This document shows positions 46,860 to 60,609 of a DNA stretch of 62,451 nt, one piece after another. A program made the translations under genes and the position numbers. Position 1 is the stretch's first letter, and each line of letters starts with the position of its first letter. The notes under the pieces are model-generated. The model searched no databases. It was given only the letters and a program-made list of their open reading frames with translations, and was not told the origin of the DNA. Source of the stretch: Jimgerdemannia flammicorona (lineage: Eukaryota); assembly GCA_003990765.1 (NCBI GenBank), contig RBNJ01000016.1, positions 1 to 62,451 on the forward strand, given 5' to 3'.

Positions 46860-49270
46860 TTGGAGAAGAATTGACACCCCAACAACAGCAACAATTAGTA
46901 CAATTATGGCAACCTGCCATATAACCCATCATATCACCATAGAATAAATACAGGAAATACAACACCCATCCAGCAGAAACTCTATAGAATACCCCATTAC
47001 TTGAAAACATTTGAAAAAGAGCACATTTAAGAACTCTTAGACAATGGAGCTATCCGACCCTCTACCAGCCCCTGAGCCAGCCCTATACTTATTGTACCAA
47101 AGAAAGGAGGATAGAGACTTTGTGTGGATTACAGAAAACTCAATTCAGTCACTGAAAGGATGCCTATCCTTTGCCCAGAATCATGACCTTTTGGACCAGT
47201 TACAAGATGCCAGATACTTCAGCAGTATGGACCTCTTTACAGGATTCCATGAGATCTCCATAAACCCCAAGGACATTCAAAAGACAGCCTTCCTTGCTCA
47301 ACAAAAACTGTTTGAGTATCTCTGAATACCCTTTGGACTTTGAAATGCACCCCCCACCTTCCAGAGGATGATGAATTCAGTCTATGCCCCTTTGATCCAC
47401 TACTGCCTGATTGTATATATGGATGATTCTAACATATATTCAGCAAATTTCAAAGAACACCTGCACCACCTAGAGGAATTCTTCAAGCTTACCACTTGAG
47501 ACTGAATGCAAAGAAATGTTACTTTGGGAAACAAATACCTGAATTCCTTAGATTCATAGTTTTGAAATAAGGAACCCATGCAGATCCAAAGAAATCTGAG
47601 AAGATCAACAATTGGCCAATACCTAAGACCCCAAAGGAAACACTATCATTATTGATGCTTGTATCCTACTACAGAAGATTTATCAAAGACTTTGCCCAAA
47701 TTGCTGCCCCAATCTGAATCCTTCTCAAGAAATAAGTACCTTACAAATAGACAAAATCACAAGAAAAAGCCTTCAAAGAACTCAAGAACTGCATGACTAC
47801 AGCACCAATCCTTGTATACCCCAATCTATAAAAGCCATTCATCTTGTATACAGATGCTTCTAAAGATGGCCTTGGAGCAGTTCTAGCCCAAGAAGGATCT
47901 GACCAATAACACTATGTGATAGCTTATGCAAGCTGAGCTACCAATCAGCAGCAGATGAACTATGACAGCACCAAATTGGAATACCTTGCAGTCATATGGG
48001 CAGTCACCCTATTAAAGCATTACCTCATTGGAAAAAGGTTCACCTTGATCACAGACCATGCAGCTCTCAAATGGCTATTCAGCCACAAGAAATCTACTAG
48101 AATCCTAGCCTGCTGGATTCTTATCCTTTAGAATTACAAAATCACCATTATCCACAAAGCAGGGAAAGCTCACAACAATGTTGATGTACTTTCCTGCCAA
48201 CCCAAATGAGCCAGAAGAAGGGTATCCCAAGGAACTACATTCTAAAGGAAGCTCCTCAGACCATCAAGGCACAAGAAGATCTCATTTGAAAAGAACATCA
48301 GAAAGCCAACCATGGACAGGCAAATATAGAAGAAAAGCTGTGAACAATACACCAATATTGATCCAACCTTAGAATACAAGTCCAGAACATACTCAAGAAA
48401 TATGACATCTGCCAGAAGTACTAAGGAAGGAAGAACTATCAAGCACCACTGCAACCAATCACACCACCAGACAATATCTTTCAGAGATGGGGAGTAGATG
48501 TAATTGGATCTCTACCAGTTATACCAAGAAGAAACAAATATATCCTTATACTTGTGAAACATCTGACCAAATGGCCCAAGGCTTTCCCAATGGAAATTGC
48601 AGATGCCCTAACCATTGTAGGCCTTCTCTATGGACTCATACTCAGATATAGACCCCCAGAAGAACTCATCTCTAACTGAGGCACAGAATTCATCAACAAT
48701 ATAATTACAAGTTATGCCTGAATTCACAAGATCCACCTCAAACAGACCACATCATACCACCCTCAGACCAATGGTATGACAGAAAGAATGAACCAGACCA
48801 TCAAGAAAGAACTTGCCCAAGTCAATCCTATAAATTGGGACCTCTGCTTACTTGAGATCCTATGGGAAATTCAGAACACCCCTGCTGCCTCTATAAGACA
48901 AAAGCCATTTGAAATGATGTTTGTCAAGAAGACTAGAACTGCTGATTATGAGAATCTTGGAGACCTTCTCAAGAAGGCAGAACAGTTATGTAATCAAGCC
49001 CAAGGTCAGATTATCAAAGCTCAAGAAAGATAAAAGAAGTATTATGACCAGAAACAGAAGGATCAAGAAATCAAGATTGGAGATCAAGTACTAGTTTGGA
49101 GAAGTATGATTGAGACGAATTTTGTCACTAAATTGGAACCTAAATGAGAAGGACCTTATCTTGTATACATCAGAGGAACTAGCATCTATTTAAGAAGCAT
49201 GGATGGATGAACCCTGAGAACACCAGCACATATCAATTGCCTCAAACTATATCTTCCCTCTACACTATGA
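46860..49270 (+). pseudogene. pol: Element E RT-RNase H-integrase
   Basis: CVDYRKLN, SSMDLFTGFHEI, YMDD, TDASKDGLG, TTSYHPQTNGMTERMN, KLEPK*EGPY. Confidence 0.92.
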
Positions 49271-49279
49271 GCTAAAAGA

Positions 49280-49768
49280 TTGATCAGTGCCTCCAGACAT
49301 TGGTCCTCAGCTCCTTCTAGGCCCTACCAGTTCCTCTACCTCAATTCAGCCAAGCTAATGGAAACCATCCAAGTTTACCAAGAAAATCTCACTCTGGTCA
49401 GATACCTACTACAAGTCTACCAACTGCAGGCCTATTATGCAATTGGTGAACAATTGCAGAACCTCCCAGCCCCAGAACAGACCTACATCAGGAATACCAC
49501 AGGTCTGACCAGAAGAGACACTACTGCTGCAGACAGACTATACACCATTTACAAACAAAATCTCACAGCTCTGACACAGACACAGTTCTCCCTAAATGAG
49601 ATTCAAGGAATGAATCCTACTACCTATTGGAGCCTCATCAATTCTGTTGAAATTCTATTCCCTGAAGAAGAAGAAGAGCCCATAGAATGGAGTGACCCTA
49701 GTATAGACAATGGAGATGATGGAATAGATATAGATGCAGAAGCAGCTTATACTTATTGGGATGACTGA
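49280..49768 (+). CDS. Accessory ORF of E between integrase and PPT, unknown function
   Basis: 162-codon open frame (start uncertain), homologous to the A and C accessory ORFs, with an acidic C-terminus. Confidence 0.75.
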   Translation: MISASRHWSSAPSRPYQFLYLNSAKLMETIQVYQENLTLVRYLLQVYQLQAYYAIGEQLQNLPAPEQTYIRNTTGLTRRDTTAADRLYTIYKQNLTALTQTQFSLNEIQGMNPTTYWSLINSVEILFPEEEEEPIEWSDPSIDNGDDGIDIDAEAAYTYWDD

Positions 49769-49807
49769 AGAACAGTCTGGGACAGACTATCCTTCAGTGG
49801 GGGCTGA

Positions 49808-51306
49808 TATATTGAACCAAAACATACTATCTGAATTGTAACTTAGCCAGATAATATGAACAATCAGCATACTTAACCAGATGATGTGGGCTCCCAGCAT
49901 GACATGACTTCCAGTATATCATAGTTACTCATACCTGCTATACTTATAATTAGCCAGACATACTGAAAGGATCTGTTTACCTGTACAGACTCTGTACACC
50001 ATATAGACTCTATATACTGTATAGGTTCTATACACCATACAGACTCTGTATATCTGCTATAAGTAGCAAACCTATAGTTAGCTACATAACAATTAGATAG
50101 CAACCAACTTGTATAAATTACCCCAGAGACAAGAGTGAATAAACCTCAGTCCGAATTGAAGTACAAACCAAAGAAGTCTCTAAAGATTGAGCATTGGTCC
50201 CCTTATTCCCCAGTCCACTATCCAATACAAAGCTTGAAGATTTTGCTACCAAGTTCGAGTGAAGAACTTTGCTACCTTTGGAATTATTGGTATGCTTACC
50301 AGACTAAGCCTGAAGAACCTGTTGCTTAAGGAATAAGCCATACTATTGGTATGCTTGCCAGACTAAGCCTGAAGAATCTGCTACTTAAGTAATAAGCCAC
50401 ACTATTGGTATACTTGCCAGACTAAGCCTGAAGAACCCAAGTTTGCTGCCAAAAGTTCTAGGAAGAACTTTGCTGCCATTTCCAAGAAGTCTGCTAATTC
50501 TGGAGAATCTGCATCATCCACCATTTCTAAGTTATTTGCTGCATTCCCAGAAAGCCATCTTGCTCAAGCCAGTTTCTGATGTAACCTTGCAGTGATCCAT
50601 TTAAGCAAATGAAGCCAGTCATTGATATAACTTTGCTAAGAAACCCTTTCCAAGAAAGCTGCTAGCATGTTTTCTAGCTACCAATTTAGAAAGAATCCAT
50701 ACCATAGTATTCCCAGTTGAAGCTGCTGATTCAGAAGAATCTGCACCACCTGAGTATTATTCCCAGAAGAGCCTGATTTGTGATATCTGAGTTGTTTGTT
50801 CCCAGTGAGCCCAGTATAGAAGAACTTGCCACCAGTATTTCCCAGTAAGAAGAATCTGCAATATTCAAGAACTCCACTGATTTAGGAAAATCTATGCCAA
50901 ATTGAGTTATCTGCCAGATTGCCAGATTATACTATATAAGGAATCCACTCACACTATATAGAATCATTACACAGAGATTGTCATACTATATAAAAATCAT
51001 CATGTAGAAATCACATACTTTTGGAGATTGTCACACTACACATGAAATCTACCAATTTCCAGATTGATCCAAGAAGGAAACCAATTCACACAAATTATAG
51101 CTATATCTAGAGAACCATCCCAATTAGGAAATTGACATATAAATTACTTGCAGATATCCAGCTTTGACTATTATACCACTAAACACCAAGGATCTCAGGA
51201 ATCTTAGAACATTTTGTTGCTTTTTGACAAAGTAACTAAGTGCTCAAGCCAAACTACATCAACCCCCAACCTTGTAATTTACCTCCATTGAGCCAGGTAT
51301 ATTATA
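49808..51306 (+). repeat. 3' LTR of E (termini mutated TG>TA, CA>TA)
   Basis: Direct repeat of 34980-36412 with an extra short-repeat insertion near 50000-50050. Confidence 0.93.
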
Positions 51307-51754
51307 ATAGTTTTATTATATCTATGATCTCTGAAAGACAAATAGATATCAAGATAAACTAGATAGGCAAATTTTACTAATTTCTTAATTTATAGATCTC
51401 AAGACCTTCTCAAGATAAATTATATTATTTTTATTAGTATTATAGCTAGAAATTAATTAGACTCTATATATATTTATTGATATTCAATTTTTTTATAAAT
51501 AATTCAGATCTTTCTAATATATTACTGAGGGTTCTTTAAAGATAAAAATGTCTTAAAAGTAGTTAAGGCTATCTATATCTTTGTAAACTAATTTATATTA
51601 ATCTTATTACTAATTTAGGTAGAGATATCTCTGATATTGATAAAATTTTAGCTGAATTTGATGAGCTTAAGAATGGATTTCAGATTATTGATAGTTAGTC
51701 TGCAAATATCCTGAAGATATATATATATAATATAGTATTATATAAAGTATATAT

Positions 51755-51978
51755 CTCTTACTCTGCAATACAGCTAAATTTGGCTGTAAAAAAAAAAAAA
51801 AACTGATATAAAAATAAAAAAAATTAAATTAGAAATAAAAAAATTCAAAACCTTTCTAACTTTTTTAAATTTTTTTTTTTTTATAATTTTATAATAAATA
51901 TCAAGTCAAAAGAAAAAAATTTAAAATTTAAAATTTTTTTATAGCCAAATTTGGCTACACCATATTACAGAATAAGGG
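51755..51978. mobile_element. MITE-like element with ~40-bp imperfect terminal inverted repeats in TA-rich flanks
   Basis: CTCTTACTCTGCAATA..CAGCTAAATTTGGCTGTAAAAA on the left vs TTTTTATAGCCAAATTTGGCT..TATTACAGAATAAGGG on the right. Confidence 0.7.
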
Positions 51979-52796
51979 ATATATATAAATTTGAGACTCC
52001 TGATAACTTTAATACCAAATCTACTAAATATTAATATTTTGAAGATATATATTTATCTTATAAAGTAACCAACAAGTGTGAAATAAAATTTCAGATATTG
52101 AAATATATTTACTATTAGTTAGTAATATACTTAAAGTATTATTTTCTAAAGTTTATAAATTTATAAACCAGAGCTAATATCTTTATAACAAAAAGAAATC
52201 AATATTTTTTAGAATTCTGAATTTTATATTATCTAATAAAAATATTTACTATAAGTTAATAATTTTATTTAAATTATTGAGAGATTGATTTATAAGTTTT
52301 TCTCAATAATCAGCTATATTCAGATAGAGAAGAAGTAGATATTAGGTGAAAATGTGAAATCTTCTATTGCTCAATAGCTCTCAAATATTTATAATTTGAA
52401 AATATCTGTTACATATTAAAAATAGATATTAAAAGGTTTATATTATATGGTTATCTAATACAAAAATCTCACTCTACATTCTATTGATCACTAGAATAAA
52501 GAAATCATCAAGTATATTTATCAATACAACTTATCATTTTATAATCAACTATATATAAATATTATAATTAAGTAGCATTATTTAATTCTCAGATTAAGCA
52601 CTATGAGAGAAAGTCTAAGATCTCTAATTTCAGCTTTAGTCTACTTTAATTGCTATTTTAATTTACTAATAGTGATAAGAATACTCATTATCTCACCTAT
52701 ATTTAATACTTCCAAACACTTCTAGTATAAGATAAAGAAACTATTATATATATTCTAAAATATATAAATATCTATAAAGTAATTTATTATATATCA

Positions 52797-55700
52797 AGTC
52801 AATGTTTAACTATAATGTCCAAATGAAAAAACAGATTAGACTATATAAGAGGGCCCATTGATAACTAGATATAATGTCAGATGCAATTAAACAACTCAGA
52901 ACATATAGGAGGACCCATGAAGCTACACAAAAAAATATATATATTTGGGTGAAACATACAGTAGAAAAGCAGTCCTTCTACTATTGCTGGAAGAGAGGAA
53001 GGTTGAATAAAAGTAAGTGTGAATGTTCACAAAGACAAGTAACTATAGAAGATTAAAGAGTAGCATATAAAAAAGAGAAAACCAAAGAATAAAGCATGCA
53101 TAACCTTGATTACCAAATAGGGAATATCCACTAATAGAAATCTGAGTGAAATAAGTAGTATTCAAAATAAAGATAAGGCGTTTGGTATCAGAACATTGGT
53201 ACCAAGAACATCTCTGTATTCATTGATCTGTAGTCTTAAATGAGCTCACTCAATTAATGTCTAGCTATAATGTCCAAATAAAAAAACAGATTAGACTATA
53301 CAAGAGGGCCCATCAATGACTAGATATAATGTCAGATACAACCAAATAACCCAGAACACACAGGAGGACCCATGAAGTCACATAAAAATATATATATATT
53401 TGAGTAAAACCTATAGTAAAAAACTGGCCCAAATAAAAGATATGCTACATAGTGTAAGGAAAAGAGGAGAAGAGAGAGAGAGTATCCAAAGTGGGGTGAA
53501 GATGCAGAGAGAGTTATTAGGAGAAGGAAGAAAGTGAAGAAAGTAGTAACATAAGCAATATGAAACTACAAATGTGGTGGATATATATGATACATATATA
53601 ACTGAAAGACTGTTGATATAGGCCAATATGAAAAACCAAAGAGAAGACCTCAATGACCAACTGATGTCATAGACAAGGGTTAGGATGGCCAGAGTATAGT
53701 AGACAGAGAGAGAAGTGAGTAGTAATATAAGCAACTCAAAATGGAAGTAAAGGTAGATATGTACAGTGTGTGACCAGATGACTATTGGAATGGCCAATAC
53801 AAAAGATCAATGAGAAGAAGGCCTCATGACTAACTGATGTTGCAGACAAGTGGTTAGGATGGTCAGAAGAAGAGAATATAATTGGCCAAGAGAGAGAAGT
53901 GAGGAGTAATGCAAGCAATGTGAAACTGAAGTTATTGGGGATGTATGTGATATATAACTAGAGGCTGTTGACACAGGCCAACAGAAAAAAAAAACTGAGA
54001 AGGAGAAGACCTCAAAGATTAACTGATGTTATGGACAAGTAGTTAGGATGGCCTACAGAGAATATTAAAGGCCAAGAGAGAGAAGCATGGAGATGACAGA
54101 TACAGGATATGGGCATGTAAATATAAGCTTAAAATGCCATACTAGACCACTGCCTGAGCATTTGAATTTTGTAGTCTGAAAGACCTACTGTAGTGGCATT
54201 GGACATAGCCCCAATATGAAAACTGTACCTAGCAAAGAAAATTAGATTAAGACCAATCTGTAGATATAGAGATTAAAGGCGATGAATAAAGTAGTCTCAG
54301 GAAAAAGTATAGCTTATGGAGTGTATGAAGAGAGAGATATTGAGATCAGTGGGGAATATGAGAAATAGAAGGCATAATAGAGATACTATGTATGATATAT
54401 CTGGGGCCATTCTAGCAATAAACAGGCTGCAACTCTGTTGAAAGGATTCCATTTTAGAGATAGGTAGTATAAAAATAATATACATATATAGGATTGATGA
54501 TATGAGGGTGGAAGATGATACTATCTTGAAATATATTATATAATAAATTAAATGGAAAGTTCTACATAAGTTCACCAGACTGCAGGTACCTGATATAAGC
54601 CAATGATATAGCAGTAGCAAAATTGAGATTATTAAAGTCAGATAAATGAAGAAGAGTAAGAAGATGGTGCAGCATATCAAGAGTGATTGGAAGGTGAGAA
54701 CAGGCTTAGTATAAGCCCAGCCACTGTTTAATGCCTCATACAATATAAGGAAGTTGTTGAAGACTGATGAGGGGATCAGTAAAGCCAGAGTCAATATGAA
54801 GTAATTGAATAGCAGAGGTATTTTTGATAGTAGTAGGTTGCAGACATTAAAGGGTAAGATGATCAATCCAATATATCAATACTAGCTCAGATATAGGGAG
54901 GGCACTGTGAAGTCCAGCATTACTGAGACCAATATGGCTACAGTGAAGGGTGCAGAACTAGAGGAAGCTACACTGTCCAGATAAATATAAGTGGTGCATT
55001 GATTTTGTCAGTCTGAACTACAGAAAGAAGGCAATGATGGGTGGAAGCATGGTATATAGATAGTACCAAGCAGTGTTGGGAGCATCTGTATATGGGGAGT
55101 AAGGTGTTAGAAGTGAGGAAGGTCAGAACAGGACAAAGCATCAGTAATACCATTGTCAGATCAGATATAGAGATATATGTAGTACAGAGTTGGAAAGTGT
55201 ATGATGCCATGAGAAAAAAGAGCTGACAGAGGAGCTTGAGAAGAAGAGAGTTGTATAAAGTATCTGAGTTGATAATGGCAATGATGGCTTGGTTATTTGT
55301 ATAAAGTAAGATATACTAGAAGGACCACTGGATACCCCAGGTCACAGCAGTGACAACAATGGTATAAAGTTCCTTAAATTGAATATTGTATATGAGCAGA
55401 TGAGATGACCAAGAAGTAGAGAACCAAGACTCTTTGAAGTATATATCAAAGCCAAGATCACTACTAGTATCAGACCATAAAAAGGCATCAGGGGAGTGAG
55501 ACCATTCAACAGAATATATAACAGAGATACCATTCCAGTGAGGTAAGAACTCTAGCCACTATAGAACATTGGCATGAAAAGCCTCAGTCAGGGCAATATG
55601 AAAGGTGGGAGTACTGGTAAGTAAATTAATGAAACAGTAAAGAAAAGGGCAGCTGGGCAGTATGATTTTTATTGTAAATACTAGTGAGCCAATGAGGGAT

Positions 55701-58436
55701 TATAGTTGAGGCCTTGTATATGACAAGCACAATGGCCATTAATGGAGAGATACCAAGATTGAGTTGAGTTTGCTGACAGAGAGATGAGCCTCCATTACAA
55801 TAAAATTGAGTTTGATACCCAGAAAGATAAGTAATATTGAAGGTCTATCTACCTTATAATCTTAGATAGACTAACTCATGGCCTGGCAAAGGAATAGGAA
55901 TAAATTAAGATCAGCAGTAGTGGCCTCCATGAGTGGTGAAGAAACTAATAAAAAATCATCAACATAGTATATTAGTGTCTGGAGGCCATACCAAGATATC
56001 ATCTAAGCCAGCAATTAAGTAATGAAATTGAAAATAAATAGCAAGGATGATGTACCAAATGGTGCAAAGTGATCAAAGTAGAACTGTTCTGACCAAGTGA
56101 ATCTGAGTAACTTCTAATTGGCAGGATGGATGAGAATGAGATGATATATATTGTCCAGGTCAACTTTAGATAATAGGCAACTTTGCCTGAAATGTCAAAT
56201 GAGATTGAGAGCATTATCAAAGCAAATATATGAAAGATGAAATACCTTATGGTCAATGCTGGCATTAATAGAACTTCTATTGTAAGGCCAGAAGAGGTCA
56301 TAAATGTACCATCAGACAGTAGAAGTTCAAAAATGGCAGGGAGGAAAAGGGGCCACATATATGACTGGTTACAATCTCCCATGTAATATCAGAAGAGATA
56401 GCATCTGGATGATCTAGAGCTGAATGATGATTATAGACAAAGAGATAGCATCAAGGGCCATCAAATCCCAGATGAATGTCTTAGATGATAGCATTGATAG
56501 CAGTCAGAGAAACAGATTGGTTGGAGTAGAATTGAAGTTTGCAAGCCTATATATTGGTATAGAGCATGGTGAAAAGTAGGGGAAAATGATGTAGGATTGA
56601 CCAAATGGTATTATCAGGAGGTGATATAATTGGTCATCAAAGGAAACTGTTAAGAGTAGAAGGAGAAATAGATATGACTGAGGTGAGGGCAAGTTCTTAA
56701 GACCAGAACAGAGGGTTGTGAGGGCAGCAGGGCCATGGGTGATTAGTACTATATCAAGTACAGACATGGATATATAAATATCCATTTCATTGACAACCAA
56801 ATTCCTTAGCTGGAGACCCATTGGCTGTAATACAGTTGAAGATATAACAGGGAGGACCTGATGAACTGTTAGATGCCTGAGGGGTAGAGCTACCAGCAGA
56901 GTTAGTAAAGTGCAGATGGTTGTAAAGTTTACTAGAAGGTTACAAGTTGGTGACTGGCATATAGGGGTGTTGGTGTAAACTGAGCACCATAAAGAGGTCT
57001 GGGTCATAGTGTACTCACAGATAGCACCAGAACAGAGAAATACTATCGTTTGCAAACTCTACCAAATGCTTAGTATGAAAGAAGATATAGTAGTTGAGCA
57101 AAGTATACTAAAATGAAGATGTCAAAAGTAAAATAAAGTCAGTGGCATAGGTAGAGAATGGAGTAAGTTCTGGAAGTCTGGAATATATATTGTGAAGAAT
57201 GCTAAAATAGGTAAGGAGGGCCACAAGAAAGGAGGAGATGTCAGGAAGTTCCTTCAAGATAGATGGGGGTTTCTGCAGGATAACTCAAGTACTAGAGTTA
57301 TTAATAGACTCCATAAACTGAGCTTTGGGAGAGAATCCAGAGGATTTAATATTGTGCTCCAGCAGATGGCCCAAAGACATGATCAGAAAAGAGTTATTGA
57401 CAACTGATGCCAATAAGCATTGATTGATGTGAATATATTTAAGTAAAAGATTCACACTGCAAATAATGGTATGGGAGGCAGTGGTGAAAGAGAGAGGGGT
57501 TAAAGAGGACTCACCATAAGGGATACCAGATGGGCTATAGCTGCCAAAAGGAGTGGAGACAGGGGGCAATGTCAGAAAAGTGGGCATAGATTCAATAGCA
57601 GTAGATAAAGAAACAGCAGCACAATCAATGAAGGATTGGTCCACAACTGAGATGGTAGAGTGGACAGGGGAATCAGAGGAACCAGGAGCAATAACTGATG
57701 AGGTGAGAACTAGACCAGAAGAAAGGGTGAAGGAATGCAAATGAAGTAGCTGAAAAGTTCATTGAAGTAATAGTTTTGAGTGGTGGAATATTCATGAAGA
57801 AGTATGATACTGGCCTTCATAGAAAGATTGGTGAGAAGTGGTAGACTTGCAGAGGTAGATTGCAGGAGAGTCAGTGAACTGATATGAATAGAAGTCTTAA
57901 ATATGGCATAGATGGAAGAGAGTATTGAATGGTGGGAGGAAGCAGAGGTAATATCATTGGGGAGGCTCTCAAGATAAAGAATAAGAGCACCGATATTGGG
58001 ATTGTCAGAGTCATCTTGCAAGAAATGAAGCACCCATTCAATAAAGAGAATATTATAGCAGAAGAGACAGGCTGTAGAATCTAACTCATGTTGCCCTTTT
58101 GATATTTTGGAAGGATCATGCTGATACAAAGGACAGGAGTTAATGGCAAGCACTATATGAATTGGTGATGTTGATAACAAATATATTTGAATAAAAGCAA
58201 GTGGGAATATATATGAAGATGAGTGACTGTAAAAGATCAAAGAGTAGTATATAAAAAAGAGAAAACCAAAGAATAGAGCATGCATAATCTTGATTACCAA
58301 ACAGAGAATGTCCCCTAACAGAAATCTGAGCAAAACAAGCAGCACTCAAAACAAATACAAGGTGTTTGGTGCCAGAACATCAGCACCAAGAACATTCCTG
58401 CATTCATTGACCTGTGGTCTCGAACGAGTCCACACA
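52797..58436 (-). mobile_element. Tyrosine-recombinase retrotransposon (Ngaro/DIRS group) with split direct repeats, decayed
   Basis: RT: CLLSKVDLDN...FYFDHFAPFG...YYVDDFL (~55950-56180); YR C-terminus RYSFHIGA...IQMLRQWSS.AF*AYI (~54120-54235); repeats A1 58187-58436, B1 53253-53430, A2 53003-53252, B2 52797-52978. Confidence 0.9.
53535..54090. repeat. About three degenerate ~185-bp repeats 3' of the YR gene
   Basis: GAAGRCCTCA..AACTGATGT..GACAAG..GTTAGGATGG..GAGAGAGAAG at ~53643, ~53816 and ~54005. Confidence 0.75.
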
Positions 58437-58757
58437 ATTTACCTTATTCTATTTTTTGAAACCCAGCAGAGTACAAGAGATATTTTGAATAAAAATAAGA
58501 ATTATTACAGTTTCGATAGATATATGCTAAATAGCTACTGTGATAGGAATATATTTATGACATTTTATAGTATTTAAATGAAGTCTTTGGTATTTGCATA
58601 AAATGTAGTTTTATCAGTATAATTATCTTGAATCTGTGAGCAATGCAAATTGTTATATCGGAATGAAATTTAAAATAAAATGAGCATCTATGTATCCTCA
58701 CAATATTCTGAGTTGCCAGATGTCAGATACAAATTACACTCACCGGATGCCAGTTAC

Positions 58758-58864
58758 AGCAAGAGCAGAATACCCAGATAAGATACAGCCAGATATAGCA
58801 GGAACAGAATACCCGGATACCGATACAGCCAGATACAGCAGGAATAGAACACCCAGATACAGAT
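58758..58864. repeat. ~40-bp tandem repeat, ~2.7 copies
   Basis: AGCAGGAACAGAATACCCRGATAC.GATACAGCCAGATAY. Confidence 0.8.
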
Positions 58865-60465
58865 CACAGATTTAATTTTGTGTTGACGCTTAAAACTGAG
58901 CTATATTAATAATAAGGCACCGTTGGGGATGTCTCTGGTACAATTTTTTCGGCCACCCTGTTCTTAACCCGTTACTATATTGCCTCTGTTGGGATATGTG
59001 TATGCAACTCAAAATTTATCTACACGTCATCCATTTGTGGTTTATCAGTGGCCTATACGAAATTACTATCTCAGCAACCTCCCTAAAGACCTTACTCGAG
59101 ATATGTCAAAAAAGAGTAATCCGGGTATTTCGTTGGGGATCAGACCACGTGTCTTGTGCAGCCCCGCATGAATAACCCCTTGCCTTAGCTCGTGACCTAA
59201 GGCAATATTTGGAAGCATATTTCAAACACCGCCCATTGCCGTCGCTTCCGCACAATCATGACTGCGCGCTTGGGAATTTTCTATTAATAATATGTCGAGC
59301 GATAATTTTAAAGCTTTCTGACATATGAATTCCATTCCGTCTCAAGATCTTTTCGCCGAAAAAACTGGCCGAACAACTAAGAGAAGAATGACGTAATCTA
59401 ATTGAAGCTGATGATCGATATTGTCAATCTCTCAACAATAGGAACATGGATTGCAACTTTGGATCGACTGCATGAAGCATCGCAATGAAGTCCACAATCA
59501 TTGGGAGACAAATAAAAAACTATTCGACATGTAGTCTGACCTGGTTTCTTTATTGCTTCAACTCCGGTTTTCGGATTTATGTCCTGAGATTTCATTGGCT
59601 TTTCCAAAAAAAAAAAAAACCTTTGCCATAAAACCAGGCGTATCGAACTCGTTCTTGCAGCACCCGTGGGAAAATCCTCTAACAGGCTGAGAAACTACAA
59701 ATGGTAAAAAAAATTTCCGAAAGCATTGCCGGCATATTTCTCCATATCAATAAGCACCTACTTCGCCCAATACCTCCGCGTCACACCGTGTGACCTGGCT
59801 CCATCCTTACACTCCGTCCGGCTCGTATTGTATCCATTCACTCTGAATGCCAGGTAATATCTGCATGTAAACCGTCTACTTTCAGCAGTCAGTAACTTTA
59901 TTTGCTATGTCGTTCGACACAATTTTTACTGTAAAAATTCCTCGCTCAACGTATGCATCCGTCGTAATCATATGTTATAACCATTGCAACCGAAATATAT
60001 AAACTAGACTTACGTAATTTATAATAATTTTTTCTTGAACAAATAACAACACACAATCACATGTAAGATGTGGGGGGGGCGTCTCGTAACACCGGAGTGG
60101 CTAATTTGGGCACGGAGCCCGATAATCTGTGTGCGTAAATATGTTTGACCGACGATCGGCGTTGATTTGGAAATAACCCCCGCGGCGATTTTGAGTTGCC
60201 CGAACCGATCGACCAGAATTTGGAGTGGCCCATGGCTTAACATACTGATTTATCAACTTCGAAGATGTTACGGAAATTAAACTTCACGCTGACTTGTCAC
60301 AACGTGATCTCAAATACCGGTATTCGGGTTCCGCTTAACCCAACCTTCGGTTTTAAGACCAAAGCACAAGGTTTAAATCAGGCGAGGGTTTACGTGATGC
60401 CCACATGGCGAGAATTTTTTTAATGCTAATATTATTTTTACTATAGGACGTGCGGTACAAAAGAA

Positions 60466-60502
<37 letters not shown>

Positions 60503-60609
60503 GTTTGCTTACATTAACGCTGTTATACAAATTGTGCGTATGTAACGCTCAGGTCCTGTTCCGGATTTGTTTGTTCCTCAATGTCAAATCACACCCAACA
60601 TCCGTCGCT

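Larger units (their letters stand above)
34980..51306 (+). mobile_element. Structurally complete Ty3/Gypsy element E (interrupted by LINE-3)
   Basis: Two LTRs, TSD ATAG (34976-34979 / 51307-51310), PBS 36415-36431, PPT-like AGTGGGGG at ~49796-49803, gag-PR-dUTPase-RT-RH-IN-accessory ORF. Confidence 0.95.

Noticed and set aside
49280-49768. env gene
   Set aside because: Short, with no signal peptide, furin site or transmembrane anchor.
53411-58349. Hydrophobic membrane-protein-like ORFs (e.g. 54297-54866, 57710-58345)
   Set aside because: Off-frame or mutated readings of the T-rich YR retrotransposon strand.
60300-60499. Poly(A) run suggesting a SINE or retrocopy
   Set aside because: No TSD, pol III boxes or LINE-like 3' motif found.
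58500-60600. Host gene or tRNA in the right CpG-rich island
   Set aside because: Only short ORFs without recognisable motifs and no cloverleaf seen; spliced exons cannot be excluded.
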